Of a stretch of 48,441 nt of DNA, positions 8,984-19,472 are shown piece after piece (position 1 is the first letter of the stretch; every line of letters starts with the position of its first letter). Where the stretch lies: assembly GCA_036337215.1 (NCBI GenBank), contig JAYZEO010000028.1, forward strand, positions 1 to 48,441. Reading direction: 5' to 3'. Source of the stretch: Myxococcota bacterium. Its GTDB lineage: Bacteria; Myxococcota_A; UBA9160; SZUA-336. The notes under the pieces are model-generated. The model saw nothing but the letters and a program-made list of their open reading frames with translations. It was not told the DNA's origin and made no database searches. The position numbers and the translations under genes are program-made.

Positions 8984-10510
8984 CTAGGGCGCGGCCGAGG
9001 CGACCGATGCCCAGTGGAGCACGTCGACGCGGGTCAGGATCAGGTTCAGGTCCTCCGGCCAGATGCCGAGCAGGATCACGGCCACGGCACACACTGCCAG
9101 CACCAACCCCTCGAAGGTCCCGGAGCGGTCGGGCTCCTGGCCGGGTTCCGGTTCTCGCATGAACATGACCATCGGCACGCGCAGGTAGTACACGAGCGAG
9201 ACGGCGCTGTTGAGCACCCCGATCACGGCGAGCCAGATCAGGCTCGAACTACCCGTCGCGAACGCCTGTTCCACGGCAGCGCGGAAGATGTAGAACTTGC
9301 CCATGAAGCCCGCGGTTCCCGGGATGCCGGCAAGCGAGACCATGCAGATCGTCATCACCACGGCCAGGAACATGCGCGAGTTCGCGAGTCCCGCGAGATC
9401 CTCGATCCGTTCTCGCTCCTGGCCCGCCTGGGCGAGCACGGCGACTACGCCGAAGGCCCCGAGCGTCATGAAGGTGTAGGCGAGCAGGTAGAACAGCACG
9501 GCCGAAATCCCGACCTGCGTCCCGACCAGAATGCCGACGAGCAGGTAGCCGGTGTGGGCGACACTCGAGTAGGCGAGCATGCGCTTGGTGTTCTGCTGGA
9601 TGATCGCCATCAGGTTGCCCACCGTCATCGTGAGCACCGCCATCACCCAGAGCGCAGCATAGAGCAGTTCGTCGATCGAGCCGAAGGCCATTCGGAAGAC
9701 CCGGATCAACGCGGCGAAAGCCGCCACCTTTACGGTCGTGGCCATCAGGCCCGAAACCGTGGTGGGCGCGCCTTCGTACACGTCAGGCGCCCACTGGTGG
9801 AAGGGAACGGTCGCGATCTTGAAAGACAGTCCGACCAGCAGCAACCCGGAGCCGATCAGGAGCACCGGGTCGTCCACGTCGAACCTGGCTCCGATCTCGC
9901 GCAGCGAGAGGGTACCCGTCGCACCGTAGATCAGCGCGATCCCGTAGAGCAGGATCGCCGAGGCGAAGGATCCGACCAGGAAGTACTTGAGCGCGGACTC
10001 GTTCGAGCGCAGGGAGTCGCGACGGAACCCGGCCATCGCGTAGACCGGAATGCTCATGAGTTCGAGTCCGACGAATAACATCATCAGGTCGGTCGCCGCG
10101 ACCAGGAGCATCATGCCGAGCACGGCCGCCAGCAGCAGCGCGTAGTACTCGCCGCGATTGATCGAGAGATCGGCCAGGAACTTGCCCGAGGCCAGCGCGG
10201 TGAGAAGCGACCCGATCAGAATCACGATGTTCAGGAAATTCGTCATCCCGTCCATCAGAATCATCGGATGATCCCGGTTGAAGACTCGCGGCGCGGATCC
10301 AGCCGCATCGAAGCACATGACGAGCGCAACCAGCAGCACCCCCGTCGTGGCCAGCGACATCACGGTGCCCGCCCACGCCTCGGTCACGGGCCGAGACAGG
10401 AAGGTCTTCGTGCGACCCAGCAGCACGTCGAGTAGCGGGATCAACACCGCCCCTAGGGCAACCGCACAGAGCGGTGCGATCGCGGCTAGGTCGAGGTCCG
10501 GCGCCTTCAC
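8984..10510 (-). CDS. nuoN: NADH-quinone oxidoreductase subunit N
   Basis: ESALKYF, FKIATVPFHQWAPDVYEGAPT, KRMLAYSSVAH, SLAGIP. Confidence 0.95.
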   Translation of the reverse strand: MKAPDLDLAAIAPLCAVALGAVLIPLLDVLLGRTKTFLSRPVTEAWAGTVMSLATTGVLLVALVMCFDAAGSAPRVFNRDHPMILMDGMTNFLNIVILIGSLLTALASGKFLADLSINRGEYYALLLAAVLGMMLLVAATDLMMLFVGLELMSIPVYAMAGFRRDSLRSNESALKYFLVGSFASAILLYGIALIYGATGTLSLREIGARFDVDDPVLLIGSGLLLVGLSFKIATVPFHQWAPDVYEGAPTTVSGLMATTVKVAAFAALIRVFRMAFGSIDELLYAALWVMAVLTMTVGNLMAIIQQNTKRMLAYSSVAHTGYLLVGILVGTQVGISAVLFYLLAYTFMTLGAFGVVAVLAQAGQERERIEDLAGLANSRMFLAVVMTICMVSLAGIPGTAGFMGKFYIFRAAVEQAFATGSSSLIWLAVIGVLNSAVSLVYYLRVPMVMFMREPEPGQEPDRSGTFEGLVLAVCAVAVILLGIWPEDLNLILTRVDVLHWASVASAAP

Positions 10511-12180
10511 TCTGCGGCCTCCGAGGCATGATCCTTGTCACGAAGCCACGAAACGCGCTCCGAGGTCTCCGCCGGGAGCGACGCCAGCGCCGACTGGCCG
10601 CCGTTGTGGGCTGCGATGTTTGCCCCCCGCTGCTCCATGGTGCGCATCAACTCGGACACGGCGGCGTCCATCGGGCGCAGGAACGAAGCCGGATAGATCC
10701 CGATCCAGAACATGGGGAGCGTCAGCGCAACCGCGACGATCCTTTCACGCGTATCAAGGTCGAGCAGGCCGCGATTCGCATTGTTCGTAACGGGGCCGAA
10801 GAACACCCGGCGGTACATCCAGAGCATGTAAATGGCGGAGAGAATCACGCCCGTCGTCGCAAGTACCGCGACCCAGGGAGCCGCCGCGAAGGTCCCGAGC
10901 AGGATCAGAAACTCCCCGACGAAACCGTTCAGCATCGGAAGCCCGATCGAACTCAGGGTCGCGATCAGAAAGAAGGTCGCAAACACCGGCATCACCTTCG
11001 CGAGTCCTCCGAACTCGGAGATCTCACGCACGTGGCGCCGCTCGTAGATCATCCCGACCAGGATGAAGAGCGCGCCCGTCGAAACCCCGTGATTGACCAT
11101 CTGCAGAATCGCGCCCTCCAGACCCTGCAGGTTCATGGCAAAGAGCCCGATCATGACGAATCCAAGGTGACTGACGGACGAATACGCCACGAGCTTCTTT
11201 ATGTCCTGCTGAATCATGGCGACCAACGCGCCATAGATGATCCCCGTAACGCCGAGAGCGAAGACGAGGCCGGAGAGTTCCACCGCGGCCTCGGGAAAGA
11301 GCGGCATCGCGAAGCGGATGAAGCCGTAGGTCCCGAGCTTGAGCAGCACCCCCGCGAGGATCGCGGAACCCGGTGTGGGGGCCTCTACGTGGGCATCCGG
11401 GAGCCAGGTGTGGAACGGGAACATGGGAACCTTGACGGCAAAGGCAAGGCCGAAGACCAGGAAGAGCCAGAACTGCGTCTGCCACCAGGGCGCGCCCGCC
11501 GTCGGGATCACCGTGTCGATGATCCCGGAAGCTCCGCCATGGCCGATGTAGTCGAAGTTCAAGAACCCGAACTGCTGGGCGTTCAAGTAGTAGACGACCA
11601 GCAGCCCCACCAGCATCAGCAGGCTTCCGACCATCGTGTAGATAAAGAACTTCAGCGTCGCGTAGAGCTTCCGCGGCCCGCCCCAGATCCCGATGATGAA
11701 GTACATCGGGATCAGCATCAGTTCCCAGAAGAGATAGAAGAGGAACAGGTTCATCGACAGGAATGCGCCCATCATGCCGGTCTGCAGGCACAGCATGAAG
11801 AAGACGTACTGCTTCACGCGTGAAGCGATGTCGGTCCATGAAGCCAGCAAGGTGATGGGAAGCAGGAAGCCCGTCATCACCACCAGGAACAGGCTGATCC
11901 CGTCGACACCCACGTAGTACTGGATGCCGAGGTCGGGGAGCCAGGCCGAATGCTCGACGAGTTGCAGGCCACCGTCCGTCGGATCGAAACGCTGCCAGAC
12001 CAGAAGAGAGAGTCCGAAGTTTCCGAGTGCAAAGCCCATCCCGGCCGCGCGCCAACTGCGATCCGAGAGCCGGCGGCTCATGAAGATCCGGCCGACCGCC
12101 TCGAGCGCCAGCAAGATCCCGATACCCGCGATCGGCAGGAAGATCACCCAGGAAAGCAGATTCTCCTGAATGTCGAACAC
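10507..12180 (-). CDS. nuoM: NADH-quinone oxidoreductase subunit M
   Basis: GVDGIS, FWELMLIPMY, KVPMFPFHTWLPDAHVEAPT, KKLVAYSSVSHLG. Confidence 0.95.
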   Translation of the reverse strand: MFDIQENLLSWVIFLPIAGIGILLALEAVGRIFMSRRLSDRSWRAAGMGFALGNFGLSLLVWQRFDPTDGGLQLVEHSAWLPDLGIQYYVGVDGISLFLVVMTGFLLPITLLASWTDIASRVKQYVFFMLCLQTGMMGAFLSMNLFLFYLFWELMLIPMYFIIGIWGGPRKLYATLKFFIYTMVGSLLMLVGLLVVYYLNAQQFGFLNFDYIGHGGASGIIDTVIPTAGAPWWQTQFWLFLVFGLAFAVKVPMFPFHTWLPDAHVEAPTPGSAILAGVLLKLGTYGFIRFAMPLFPEAAVELSGLVFALGVTGIIYGALVAMIQQDIKKLVAYSSVSHLGFVMIGLFAMNLQGLEGAILQMVNHGVSTGALFILVGMIYERRHVREISEFGGLAKVMPVFATFFLIATLSSIGLPMLNGFVGEFLILLGTFAAAPWVAVLATTGVILSAIYMLWMYRRVFFGPVTNNANRGLLDLDTRERIVAVALTLPMFWIGIYPASFLRPMDAAVSELMRTMEQRGANIAAHNGGQSALASLPAETSERVSWLRDKDHASEAAE

Positions 12181-12181
12181 G

Positions 12182-14221
12182 CTAGCTCCCCGAGACCAGG
12201 TAGCCGAGCAGCACCACGCTGCCGATCAACATCACGAACACATAGGCCTGGGTGAACCCGCTCTGGGCGTACTTGAGGCCGCGGTCGGCTACGGCACGAA
12301 CCACGCGCCCCACCCCGTTCACCGCCACCTCATCGATGAGCCTGGCATCGATGCTTCGAAACAGCACCCGGTCGGCCACCCTCAGCGTCGGCTGTACCAC
12401 CGCGCGGTCGTAGAACTCGTCGACCCAGAACTTGTTGAGCACGAGTCGGTAGAACGGCGCGAGCCGAGCCGTCAGCGGCGCCACCAGGTCGACTCGGAAG
12501 TAGTAAAGGATCGCGGCCACGAGAATCCCGAGTCCCGCGACCGAGAGCGCCAGCAGGGCCAGCAGGAACTCCCGAACGTGCGTGACGTCGTGTGCGACAG
12601 ACTTTGAAACCGGTTCGAGGAAGTGGAGCAGGCTGTTGGAATCCGGGATCCCGAAGAAAACCTCACCGTAAATGTCGGGCAACCCGAACACGCCCCCGAT
12701 CACGGAGAGCAGCGCCAGCACCACGAGTGGCACCACGACCCAATTTCCCTGCTCACGGATGCCGCGCCGGGTTTCTGCGGGGGCCCGGCTCTCGCCGGTA
12801 AACACGCGGAAATAGAGCCGGAACATGTAGAGGGCCGTGATCGCGGCCGCCACGACCGAGATCAGCCAGAGCCAGCCTTGCCCGGGCACGTGGTGCGCGA
12901 GGTGCGCCCCCAGAAGAATCTGATCCTTCGAGAAGAAACCCGAGAGCGGCGCCACGCCCGAAATCGCGAGTACCCCCACCAGGAAGGTTGCCCAGGTCCA
13001 GGGCATGCGCTGGCGCAGCCCGCCCATCTTCGAAATGTCCTGTTCGTGGTGCATGCCGAGGATCACCGAGCCGGCACCCAGAAACAGCAGCGCCTTGAAG
13101 AACGCGTGGGTCACGACATGAAAGATCGCGGCGCTGTAGGCCATGGCGCCCGCTGCCAGAAACATGAATCCGAGTTGGCTCACCGTCGAGTAGGCCAGGA
13201 CCTTCTTGATGTCGTTCTGGCAGAGCGCGATGGTTCCCGCGAAGAGTGCGGTCAGGCCGCCCACCCAGGCGATGGTGGAGAGCGCGACCGGCGTGAGCGA
13301 GTAGAGGAAAGAAAGCCGGGCCACCATGTAGACCCCGGCCGTGACCATGGTGGCTGCGTGGATCAGGGCCGAGACCGGCGTGGGACCCGCCATCGCGTCC
13401 GGGAGCCAGACGTGAAGCGGAAGTTGCGCCGACTTGCCGCAGGCGCCCAGAAAGAAACACAGCCCTGCAACCGTAAGCAGGCTCCAGGACGGAAATGCGG
13501 GCAGGAACCAGAGCCAGGCGGGAAGCGCCAGCGTGTGCCCCTCGAGCGCCGCGATGTTCTGGGACATCGACCAGAACTGAATCGTGGGGTGTCCCGCATC
13601 CCAGAAAGCCCAGAAGACCAGGAAGATGCCAAGCAGGAAGCCGAAGTCGCCGATCCGGTTGACGACGAAGGCCTTCTGCCCGCAGGCGGCATTGTGGTCG
13701 TCGAGAAACCAGAAGCCGATCAGCAGATACGAGCAGAGCCCGACCCCCTCCCATCCGACGAAGAGCACCACCAGGTTGTCGCCCAGCACCAACATCAGCA
13801 TCGAGAAGGTGAACAGGTTCAGGTAGCAGAAGAAGCGCTGGAAGCCGCGGTCCTCCCGCTGGTCGTCGTCCATGTAGCCCACGGAGTAGAGGTGGATCAG
13901 CGAGCCGACCCCGTTCACGACCAGGATCATGACGGCCGAGAGCGGGTCCAGCAGGAAGGAAAGTTCAGCGTGGAACGGATCGGCTCCGATCCAGGTGTAG
14001 AGGCGATCGACGATGAAGCGCTTTTCCGGAACGGCCCCTGTGAGTTCGAACACCTGTTGAATCGAGAGCAGGAAAGAAGCGATCGGAGCGCCGCAGCCGA
14101 TCAGGATCACGCCGCCCCGCGGCATCGGGGAGCGCAGGAAGAGCAGCCACAGACCGCTCGCGACTGCCGCGACCAGAGGCAGCAGGGGAATCCAGCGCAG
14201 CAGTTCGTTCGTGGATTCCAT
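12182..14221 (-). CDS. nuoL: NADH-quinone oxidoreductase subunit L
   Basis: GWEGVGLCSYLLIGFW, KSAQLPLHVWLPDAMAGPTPVSALIHAATMV, HAFFKALLF. Confidence 0.95.
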   Translation of the reverse strand: MESTNELLRWIPLLPLVAAVASGLWLLFLRSPMPRGGVILIGCGAPIASFLLSIQQVFELTGAVPEKRFIVDRLYTWIGADPFHAELSFLLDPLSAVMILVVNGVGSLIHLYSVGYMDDDQREDRGFQRFFCYLNLFTFSMLMLVLGDNLVVLFVGWEGVGLCSYLLIGFWFLDDHNAACGQKAFVVNRIGDFGFLLGIFLVFWAFWDAGHPTIQFWSMSQNIAALEGHTLALPAWLWFLPAFPSWSLLTVAGLCFFLGACGKSAQLPLHVWLPDAMAGPTPVSALIHAATMVTAGVYMVARLSFLYSLTPVALSTIAWVGGLTALFAGTIALCQNDIKKVLAYSTVSQLGFMFLAAGAMAYSAAIFHVVTHAFFKALLFLGAGSVILGMHHEQDISKMGGLRQRMPWTWATFLVGVLAISGVAPLSGFFSKDQILLGAHLAHHVPGQGWLWLISVVAAAITALYMFRLYFRVFTGESRAPAETRRGIREQGNWVVVPLVVLALLSVIGGVFGLPDIYGEVFFGIPDSNSLLHFLEPVSKSVAHDVTHVREFLLALLALSVAGLGILVAAILYYFRVDLVAPLTARLAPFYRLVLNKFWVDEFYDRAVVQPTLRVADRVLFRSIDARLIDEVAVNGVGRVVRAVADRGLKYAQSGFTQAYVFVMLIGSVVLLGYLVSGS

Positions 14222-14232
14222 CTAGGCGTCAC

Positions 14233-14538
14233 CTACCACTTGAGCAGACTCGTTTCTTCGATGTTCACGCTGTCTCGGTTTCGGACCAGGCTGATGATGA
14301 TCGCCAACCCGACCGCCACCTCCGCCGCTGCCACCACCATCACCATGAAGACGAAGATCTGTCCGTCGATCGAATCCCAGAGCCGGCTCCATGCCACGAA
14401 CGAGAGAGTCGCGGCGTTCAGCATGAGTTCGATCGACATGAACATCACGATCATGTTCCGCCGGACCAGCATCCCGATGACCCCGATCATGAACAGGGCG
14501 GCGGCCACGACCTGATAGTGCCCGACCGGGATTTCCAT
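14233..14538 (-). CDS. nuoK: NADH-quinone oxidoreductase subunit K
   Basis: RRN...SIELMLNA...GQIF...[10 protein letters not shown]. Confidence 0.95.
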   Translation of the reverse strand: MEIPVGHYQVVAAALFMIGVIGMLVRRNMIVMFMSIELMLNAATLSFVAWSRLWDSIDGQIFVFMVMVVAAAEVAVGLAIIISLVRNRDSVNIEETSLLKW

Positions 14539-15035
14539 CAATCACTCTCCCGCTTGGCCAGCGCCAGCGCCGCGATGATGGCCGCCAACAGCAGTACCGC
14601 CGCGACCTCGAAGGGCAGCAGGTAGTCGGTGTAGAGCGCCTGGCCGATCTCGGCCGTGGTCCCGTAGCTCGGCGAGACCTCCGGCCAGGGCAGGTCGATT
14701 CGAAGCAGGATCGATCCGAGCTGTAATGAAACCGCGATCCCCAGGGCCACGCCCACGAACTTGAGCAGCGGCTGCTCTTCCGCCCCCATCACACCGCCCG
14801 TCAGGTTGAGCAACATCACGACGAAGAGGAAGAGCACGACGATCGCGCCCGCATACACCATGATCTGGATCAGCCCCACGAACTGCGCGTTCAGCATGAT
14901 GAAGAGACACGCCAGGGACAGCATCGAGACCACCAGCCAGAGCGCTGAATAGACGGTGTTGCGAACCGTCACGACCATCCCGAGCGCGCCCCCGATCGCG
15001 CCGGTGGAACACACCCAGAAAAGAATCGATTCCAT
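14538..15035 (-). CDS. nuoJ: NADH-quinone oxidoreductase subunit J
   Basis: [26 protein letters not shown]; true ATG at 15035 (MESILFW) overlaps the nuoH stop. Confidence 0.93.
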   Translation of the reverse strand: MESILFWVCSTGAIGGALGMVVTVRNTVYSALWLVVSMLSLACLFIMLNAQFVGLIQIMVYAGAIVVLFLFVVMLLNLTGGVMGAEEQPLLKFVGVALGIAVSLQLGSILLRIDLPWPEVSPSYGTTAEIGQALYTDYLLPFEVAAVLLLAAIIAALALAKRESD

Positions 15036-16192
15036 CAGGAGGCCCACTCGTCGACCAGCAGAATCAGGATCGCGGTCACGAAAATGTTCACGAGAGAAAG
15101 GGGAAGCAGGATCTTCCAGCCCAGATTCATGACCTGGTCGTAGCGGAAGCGCGGCAGGCTCCAGCGCAGAATCTGCTGCACCCAGATCATGCAACAGACC
15201 TTGACCAGGAAGACGCTCACGTTCACGACCATGGCGAGCACGTTGGCCAGATTCGGGCCGAAGGCCCCCGAGAGCCAGCCGATCATTTCCTGATCCGAGA
15301 TCCAGGGCAGCGACCAGCCACCGAGGAAGAGCGCCGTCATCAGGCCCGCGATCACGACGACCTCGATCCACTCCGCCATGAAGAAGAGCCCGAACTTCAT
15401 GCCGCTGTACTCGATGAAGTAACCCGCGACGATTTCGCTCTCGCCCTCGGGCGTATCGAAGGGTGCGCGCTTGTTCTCGGCCATCAGCGCGGCCAGGAAC
15501 ATGAAGAACCCGAGCGGCTGGAGGACGATCCCCCAGGCGGGGAGCGTCACCCAGCCGACCCAGGGGGTGGCGGGCGCGACCCAGCCCAGGTGCTCGAGGA
15601 AGCCCAGCACCCGGAAGGTCTCCTGCTGGCCCACACCGATGTCGGTCATGCGCAGAGACCCGAAGATCATGAAAATCCCGAGCACCGAGACGCCCATGGC
15701 GACCTCGTAGGACAGCATCTGGGCCGAGGCCCGCAGCGAGCCGAGCATGCCCCAGTTGTTGTTCGAGGCCCAGCCAGCCAGCACCGTCCCGTAGGCCGCG
15801 ATGCTTCCGACGGCAAACACGTAGAGCAGGCCGTAGTCGAGGTCGGCGACCACCAGGCTCCAGTGCACGCCCCAGGCCGAGTAGCTGCCCCCGTAAGGAA
15901 TCACGGCAAAGCTGATCACCGCGGGGACCGCGGCAATGAAGGGACACAGGGTGTGGAGAAAACGGTGCGCGCCGGCCGGGATCGTATCTTCCTTGGTGAT
16001 CATCTTGATCACGTCGGCCAGGGGGTGGAGCAGGCCGATTGCCTTGATTCCGAGGACGTCGGCCCGGTTCGCGCCGATCCGATCCTGCATCAGCGCGCTC
16101 TGCTTGCGCTCGACCCAGGTCATCAGCGGCGCGAAAGCGAGCACCACGACCGCAAAAATGAACAGCGTCTTGGCGACGAGGGCGACGTCCAT
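15035..16192 (-). CDS. nuoH: NADH-quinone oxidoreductase subunit H
   Basis: ERK...QDRIGANR, LADVIKMITKE, LRASAQMLSYE, PFDTPEGESE, PRFRYDQ. Confidence 0.95.
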   Translation of the reverse strand: MDVALVAKTLFIFAVVVLAFAPLMTWVERKQSALMQDRIGANRADVLGIKAIGLLHPLADVIKMITKEDTIPAGAHRFLHTLCPFIAAVPAVISFAVIPYGGSYSAWGVHWSLVVADLDYGLLYVFAVGSIAAYGTVLAGWASNNNWGMLGSLRASAQMLSYEVAMGVSVLGIFMIFGSLRMTDIGVGQQETFRVLGFLEHLGWVAPATPWVGWVTLPAWGIVLQPLGFFMFLAALMAENKRAPFDTPEGESEIVAGYFIEYSGMKFGLFFMAEWIEVVVIAGLMTALFLGGWSLPWISDQEMIGWLSGAFGPNLANVLAMVVNVSVFLVKVCCMIWVQQILRWSLPRFRYDQVMNLGWKILLPLSLVNIFVTAILILLVDEWAS

Positions 16193-17710
16193 CTAGCGGA
16201 GCTCGCGACCGTCGTCGCCGAGGTTCTCGATCGAGATGCCCTCGAAGGCCGGAATCTCTTCGGCGATCAGCTTGGAGAGCACTGCCGGATCGTAGGCTTG
16301 CCGGAAGCGATCGAGCCCGAGTTCGGCCCCGATCCGCTGCAGAATCTCACCCTCGGACCAGGCCTCGAAACGTGGTTCCAACATCGGCAGGAAGCGCTGT
16401 ACCCGGCGCGCACTGTTCGTGAACGTACCGACCTTCTCGGCAAAGGAACGCGCCGGAAGCGTCACCTCGGCCGACCGCTCCAGCGGGGATTCGTGGGTGT
16501 CAATCAGAATCAGCGAGTCGACCGCCTCGAAAGCCTCCGGTCCGTAACCGTGACCGAGCACGATCGCGACCGCGGCCGCGCCCGGGCCATCGGCCGACTC
16601 GCGCATGCCCAGTTCCCGGGCCCCGTCCGCATTCGGAGCCTTCTCAGCCTGGATCAGAAGATCGTCGGAAGCCCCGCGCGGAACCGTGTACACGGCAGCC
16701 GGCGCAGCGAGATCCGAAAGCAAGCCCCGCAGCGCAAACAGATCTTCGTTCGCCGCGAAGGGCGAAGCCACCCCCACCACCGTGGCGCCGGCAGTACGGG
16801 CTTCAGACAGGATCCGGGCCGCGGCGGCGAGTGCCTCCGCGTATCCGACCTCGCGGCCCCGGATGCGCGGTACGCTGAGTCTGCCTTCCGAAACCCGACG
16901 GTACGAGAGTCGCCCCTCGTCGCAGATCCAGGTTTGATTTACCGCATCGTTTCGCCGCGGCAAGTAGCGGTAGAGCCGATTGTTCGAACGCGAACCCCAG
17001 ATGTTGCAGCCCTTCGAGCAGCCGTTGCAAACGCCGGGAACGTCATCCAGGAACCAGACCCGCACTTTGAAGCGGAAGTCCTTGGTCGTGAGCGCACCAA
17101 CGGGACAGATGTCGGCCACGTTCATCGAGTAGGGGTTGTCGAGTTTCATTCCCGGGAACACTTCGAGGCGCGACTCCTCCCCGCGAGCGAACACCCCGAG
17201 TTCCCCGGTCTTGGGGACCTCGCGACAGAAGCGAACGCAGCGACGGCACAGGATGCAGCGCTCCTGGTCGAAAACGATGGTAGGACCGAGTTCGGTGGCC
17301 TTCTTGGCGGGGCGCCGGGGTTCTCGGGTGCGCGCGTGCTTGACGCCATACTCGAAGGCGTAGTCCTGGAGCTTGCACTCGCCGGCCTGATCACAGATCG
17401 GACAGTCGAGTGGGTGATTCACGAGCAAGAGTTCCATCACGGACTGGCGCGCGTCCTGCACCGCCTCGCTCCTGGTGCGGATCTCCATGCCGTCCCTGAC
17501 CGGCGTGTTGCACGCGATCTGGAGCTTCGGCATCCCCTCGATCTCGACCTGGCAGAGTCGGCAGGACCCGTCGATCGAGAGTTTCGGGTGCCAGCAGTAG
17601 TGGGGAATCTCTACGCCGTTCATGAGCAGGCCGAGATCGTCGATGGCCTGCAGGACGCTGCGTCCCTGCTCGACCTCGTATTCCGTTCCGTCGACCTTGA
17701 TCGTCGGCAT
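16193..17710 (-). CDS. nuoG: NADH-quinone oxidoreductase subunit G (short, 505 aa)
   Basis: CWHPKL...SCRLC...IAC, NHPLDCPICDQAGEC, CILCRRC...CPVGAL, CNGCSKGC...CDEGR. Confidence 0.9.
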   Translation of the reverse strand: MPTIKVDGTEYEVEQGRSVLQAIDDLGLLMNGVEIPHYCWHPKLSIDGSCRLCQVEIEGMPKLQIACNTPVRDGMEIRTRSEAVQDARQSVMELLLVNHPLDCPICDQAGECKLQDYAFEYGVKHARTREPRRPAKKATELGPTIVFDQERCILCRRCVRFCREVPKTGELGVFARGEESRLEVFPGMKLDNPYSMNVADICPVGALTTKDFRFKVRVWFLDDVPGVCNGCSKGCNIWGSRSNNRLYRYLPRRNDAVNQTWICDEGRLSYRRVSEGRLSVPRIRGREVGYAEALAAAARILSEARTAGATVVGVASPFAANEDLFALRGLLSDLAAPAAVYTVPRGASDDLLIQAEKAPNADGARELGMRESADGPGAAAVAIVLGHGYGPEAFEAVDSLILIDTHESPLERSAEVTLPARSFAEKVGTFTNSARRVQRFLPMLEPRFEAWSEGEILQRIGAELGLDRFRQAYDPAVLSKLIAEEIPAFEGISIENLGDDGRELR

Positions 17711-17712
17711 GC

Positions 17713-19005
17713 CTAGAACTCGAAGCCTTCACTGAAGGGGCACGACTTCTCTGGAAGATGCCTCTGGAAGTCCTCGCGGAAGTGACGCAGCAATCCTTGG
17801 ATCGGCCAGGCCGCGGCATCCGAGAAGGCACAGATGGTCTGCGCCTCCATCATCTTCGGAACGCTCCCGAGGACCTCGAGATCGCCCCGCTGACCCCGCC
17901 CCTCCTCGATGCGGCGGCTCAGCCTGTAAAGCCAGCCGGTCCCCTCGCGGCACTGGGTGCACTGACCGCAGGACTCGTCGCGGAAGAAGTAGGAAATGAC
18001 GCACGCCACCCGAACCATGCAGGTGGTCTCGTCCATCACCATGATGCCGCCCGTCCCGAGGTGGCTCCCGCGAGCCGACAGCGACTCCTCGTCCATGCCG
18101 ACATCGAGATCGCTGGCCGGCAGGATCGGCATCGAGAGACCCCCCGGCCCAACGCCCTTGAGCCCGCGGCCGCCCCGCACCCCGCCCGCCAACTCGATCA
18201 ATTCGCCGAGCTGAGTCCCGAGTGGCTTCTCGAACAGTCCCGGCCGCTCGACGTGGCCCGAGACCCCGAACAGCGTCGTGCCCGGACTCCTCTCGGTGCC
18301 GAAACCGCGAAACCAGTCGGTCCCGCGTTCCAGGATGAAGGGCACGTGAGCGAAGGTCTCGACGTTGTTCACGGTCGTCGGAAGACCGAAGGCCCCGTAC
18401 TGCGCCGGAAAGGGCGGCTTCTTCCGCGGCTGCCCCTTCTTCCCCTCCAGCGACTCCAGCAGTCCGGTCTCCTCTCCACAGATGTAGGCGCCCGCGCCTC
18501 GGTGCACGATGATGTCGTGAGAGAAGCCGCTCTTCCCGAAACAGTCGCGCCCCAGCCTTCCCTGGTCGCGGAGTTCCTGGATCGCACGCTCGAGTCGCTC
18601 CGCCGGCAGCGCATACTCACCGCGTACGTAGATGTAGCTACGCTCGGCCCCCATCGCCCAGGCCCCGATCAGAATCCCCTCCAGCACCTGGTGCGGCGCG
18701 CGCTCCATGATCAGGCGGTCTTTGAAGGAACCGGGCTCCGACTCGTCGCCATTGCACACGATCAGCTTCATGGAGTCGGTTTGCTCCGGCATGAAGCCCC
18801 ACTTCACGCCCGCAACGAATCCTGCGCCCCCGCGCCCGCGCAGCCCCGAACCCTTCACGGTCTCCCGGACCGCGGCGGGCTCCATCGCGAGCGCCTTCTC
18901 GAGGCCCTGGTACCCACCCTTCGACCGGTACCCGGCCAGCGTCGTGTACGCCTCGTCCGCGTAGTGCTCCGAGAGGTACGAGGTGACGACAGGCGCTTCA
19001 ATCAA
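17713..19005 (-). CDS. nuoF: NADH-quinone oxidoreductase subunit F
   Basis: GLRGRGGAGF, NGDESEPG, GAGAYICGEET, ESCGQCTQCREG. Confidence 0.95.
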   Translation of the reverse strand: MIEAPVVTSYLSEHYADEAYTTLAGYRSKGGYQGLEKALAMEPAAVRETVKGSGLRGRGGAGFVAGVKWGFMPEQTDSMKLIVCNGDESEPGSFKDRLIMERAPHQVLEGILIGAWAMGAERSYIYVRGEYALPAERLERAIQELRDQGRLGRDCFGKSGFSHDIIVHRGAGAYICGEETGLLESLEGKKGQPRKKPPFPAQYGAFGLPTTVNNVETFAHVPFILERGTDWFRGFGTERSPGTTLFGVSGHVERPGLFEKPLGTQLGELIELAGGVRGGRGLKGVGPGGLSMPILPASDLDVGMDEESLSARGSHLGTGGIMVMDETTCMVRVACVISYFFRDESCGQCTQCREGTGWLYRLSRRIEEGRGQRGDLEVLGSVPKMMEAQTICAFSDAAAWPIQGLLRHFREDFQRHLPEKSCPFSEGFEF

Positions 19006-19010
19006 CGCCG

Positions 19011-19472
19011 CTACTCCAATTCGTCAACGATTCGACGCGCGGAGTCGAGGTCCTGATCCTCGCAGTAGCGCCCGTCGACGCGTAGCACCGGCGCCGTCCC
19101 GCAGGAGCCCAGGCATTCTTCGCGACCCAGGCTGATGCGGCCGTCGGCCGTGGTCTCACCCGGACGGACCCCCAGGTGCTCGCCGAGTTCGCGCAGCAGC
19201 GTTCGTGATCCGCGCAGGCTGCAGGGCAGGCTCGTGCAGACATACACATGATGGCGTCCCTGGGGCTCGGTATAGAACATGTTGTAGAAGGTCAGGACTT
19301 CCATGACCTCGACCGGGGCCAGGTCGAAGAGTTCGGCCATCTCGCACGCCGCCTCGCGGTCGACGAAGCCCCGCTCCGCCTGCACCAGATACAACGCCGG
19401 AAGCAGTGCGCCGCGCTTGTCGGGGTAGCGAGCGAAGAGTTTCTCGATCCTCTCGCGGATCTCGGCCCTCAT
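19011..19472 (-). CDS. nuoE: NADH-quinone oxidoreductase subunit E
   Basis: ALLPAL...TFYNMF...CTSLPC...CLGSCGTAP; ATG 19472 overlaps the nuoA stop. Confidence 0.92.
   Translation of the reverse strand: MRAEIRERIEKLFARYPDKRGALLPALYLVQAERGFVDREAACEMAELFDLAPVEVMEVLTFYNMFYTEPQGRHHVYVCTSLPCSLRGSRTLLRELGEHLGVRPGETTADGRISLGREECLGSCGTAPVLRVDGRYCEDQDLDSARRIVDELE

Noticed and set aside
14538-15947. 469-aa ORF as an extended NuoJ (likewise 19011-19886 as an extended NuoE, and 20342-21904, 41527-42651, 6071-6682)
   Set aside because: The N-terminal extensions are out-of-frame overlaps of the upstream genes; the true starts lie at the stop/start junctions
10474-19056. Long + strand ORFs antisense to nuo genes (e.g. 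12623-14515, 15590-17716, 17758-19056)
   Set aside because: Shadow ORFs expected from high-GC codon bias; no recognisable motifs, and they fully overlap clear nuo genes
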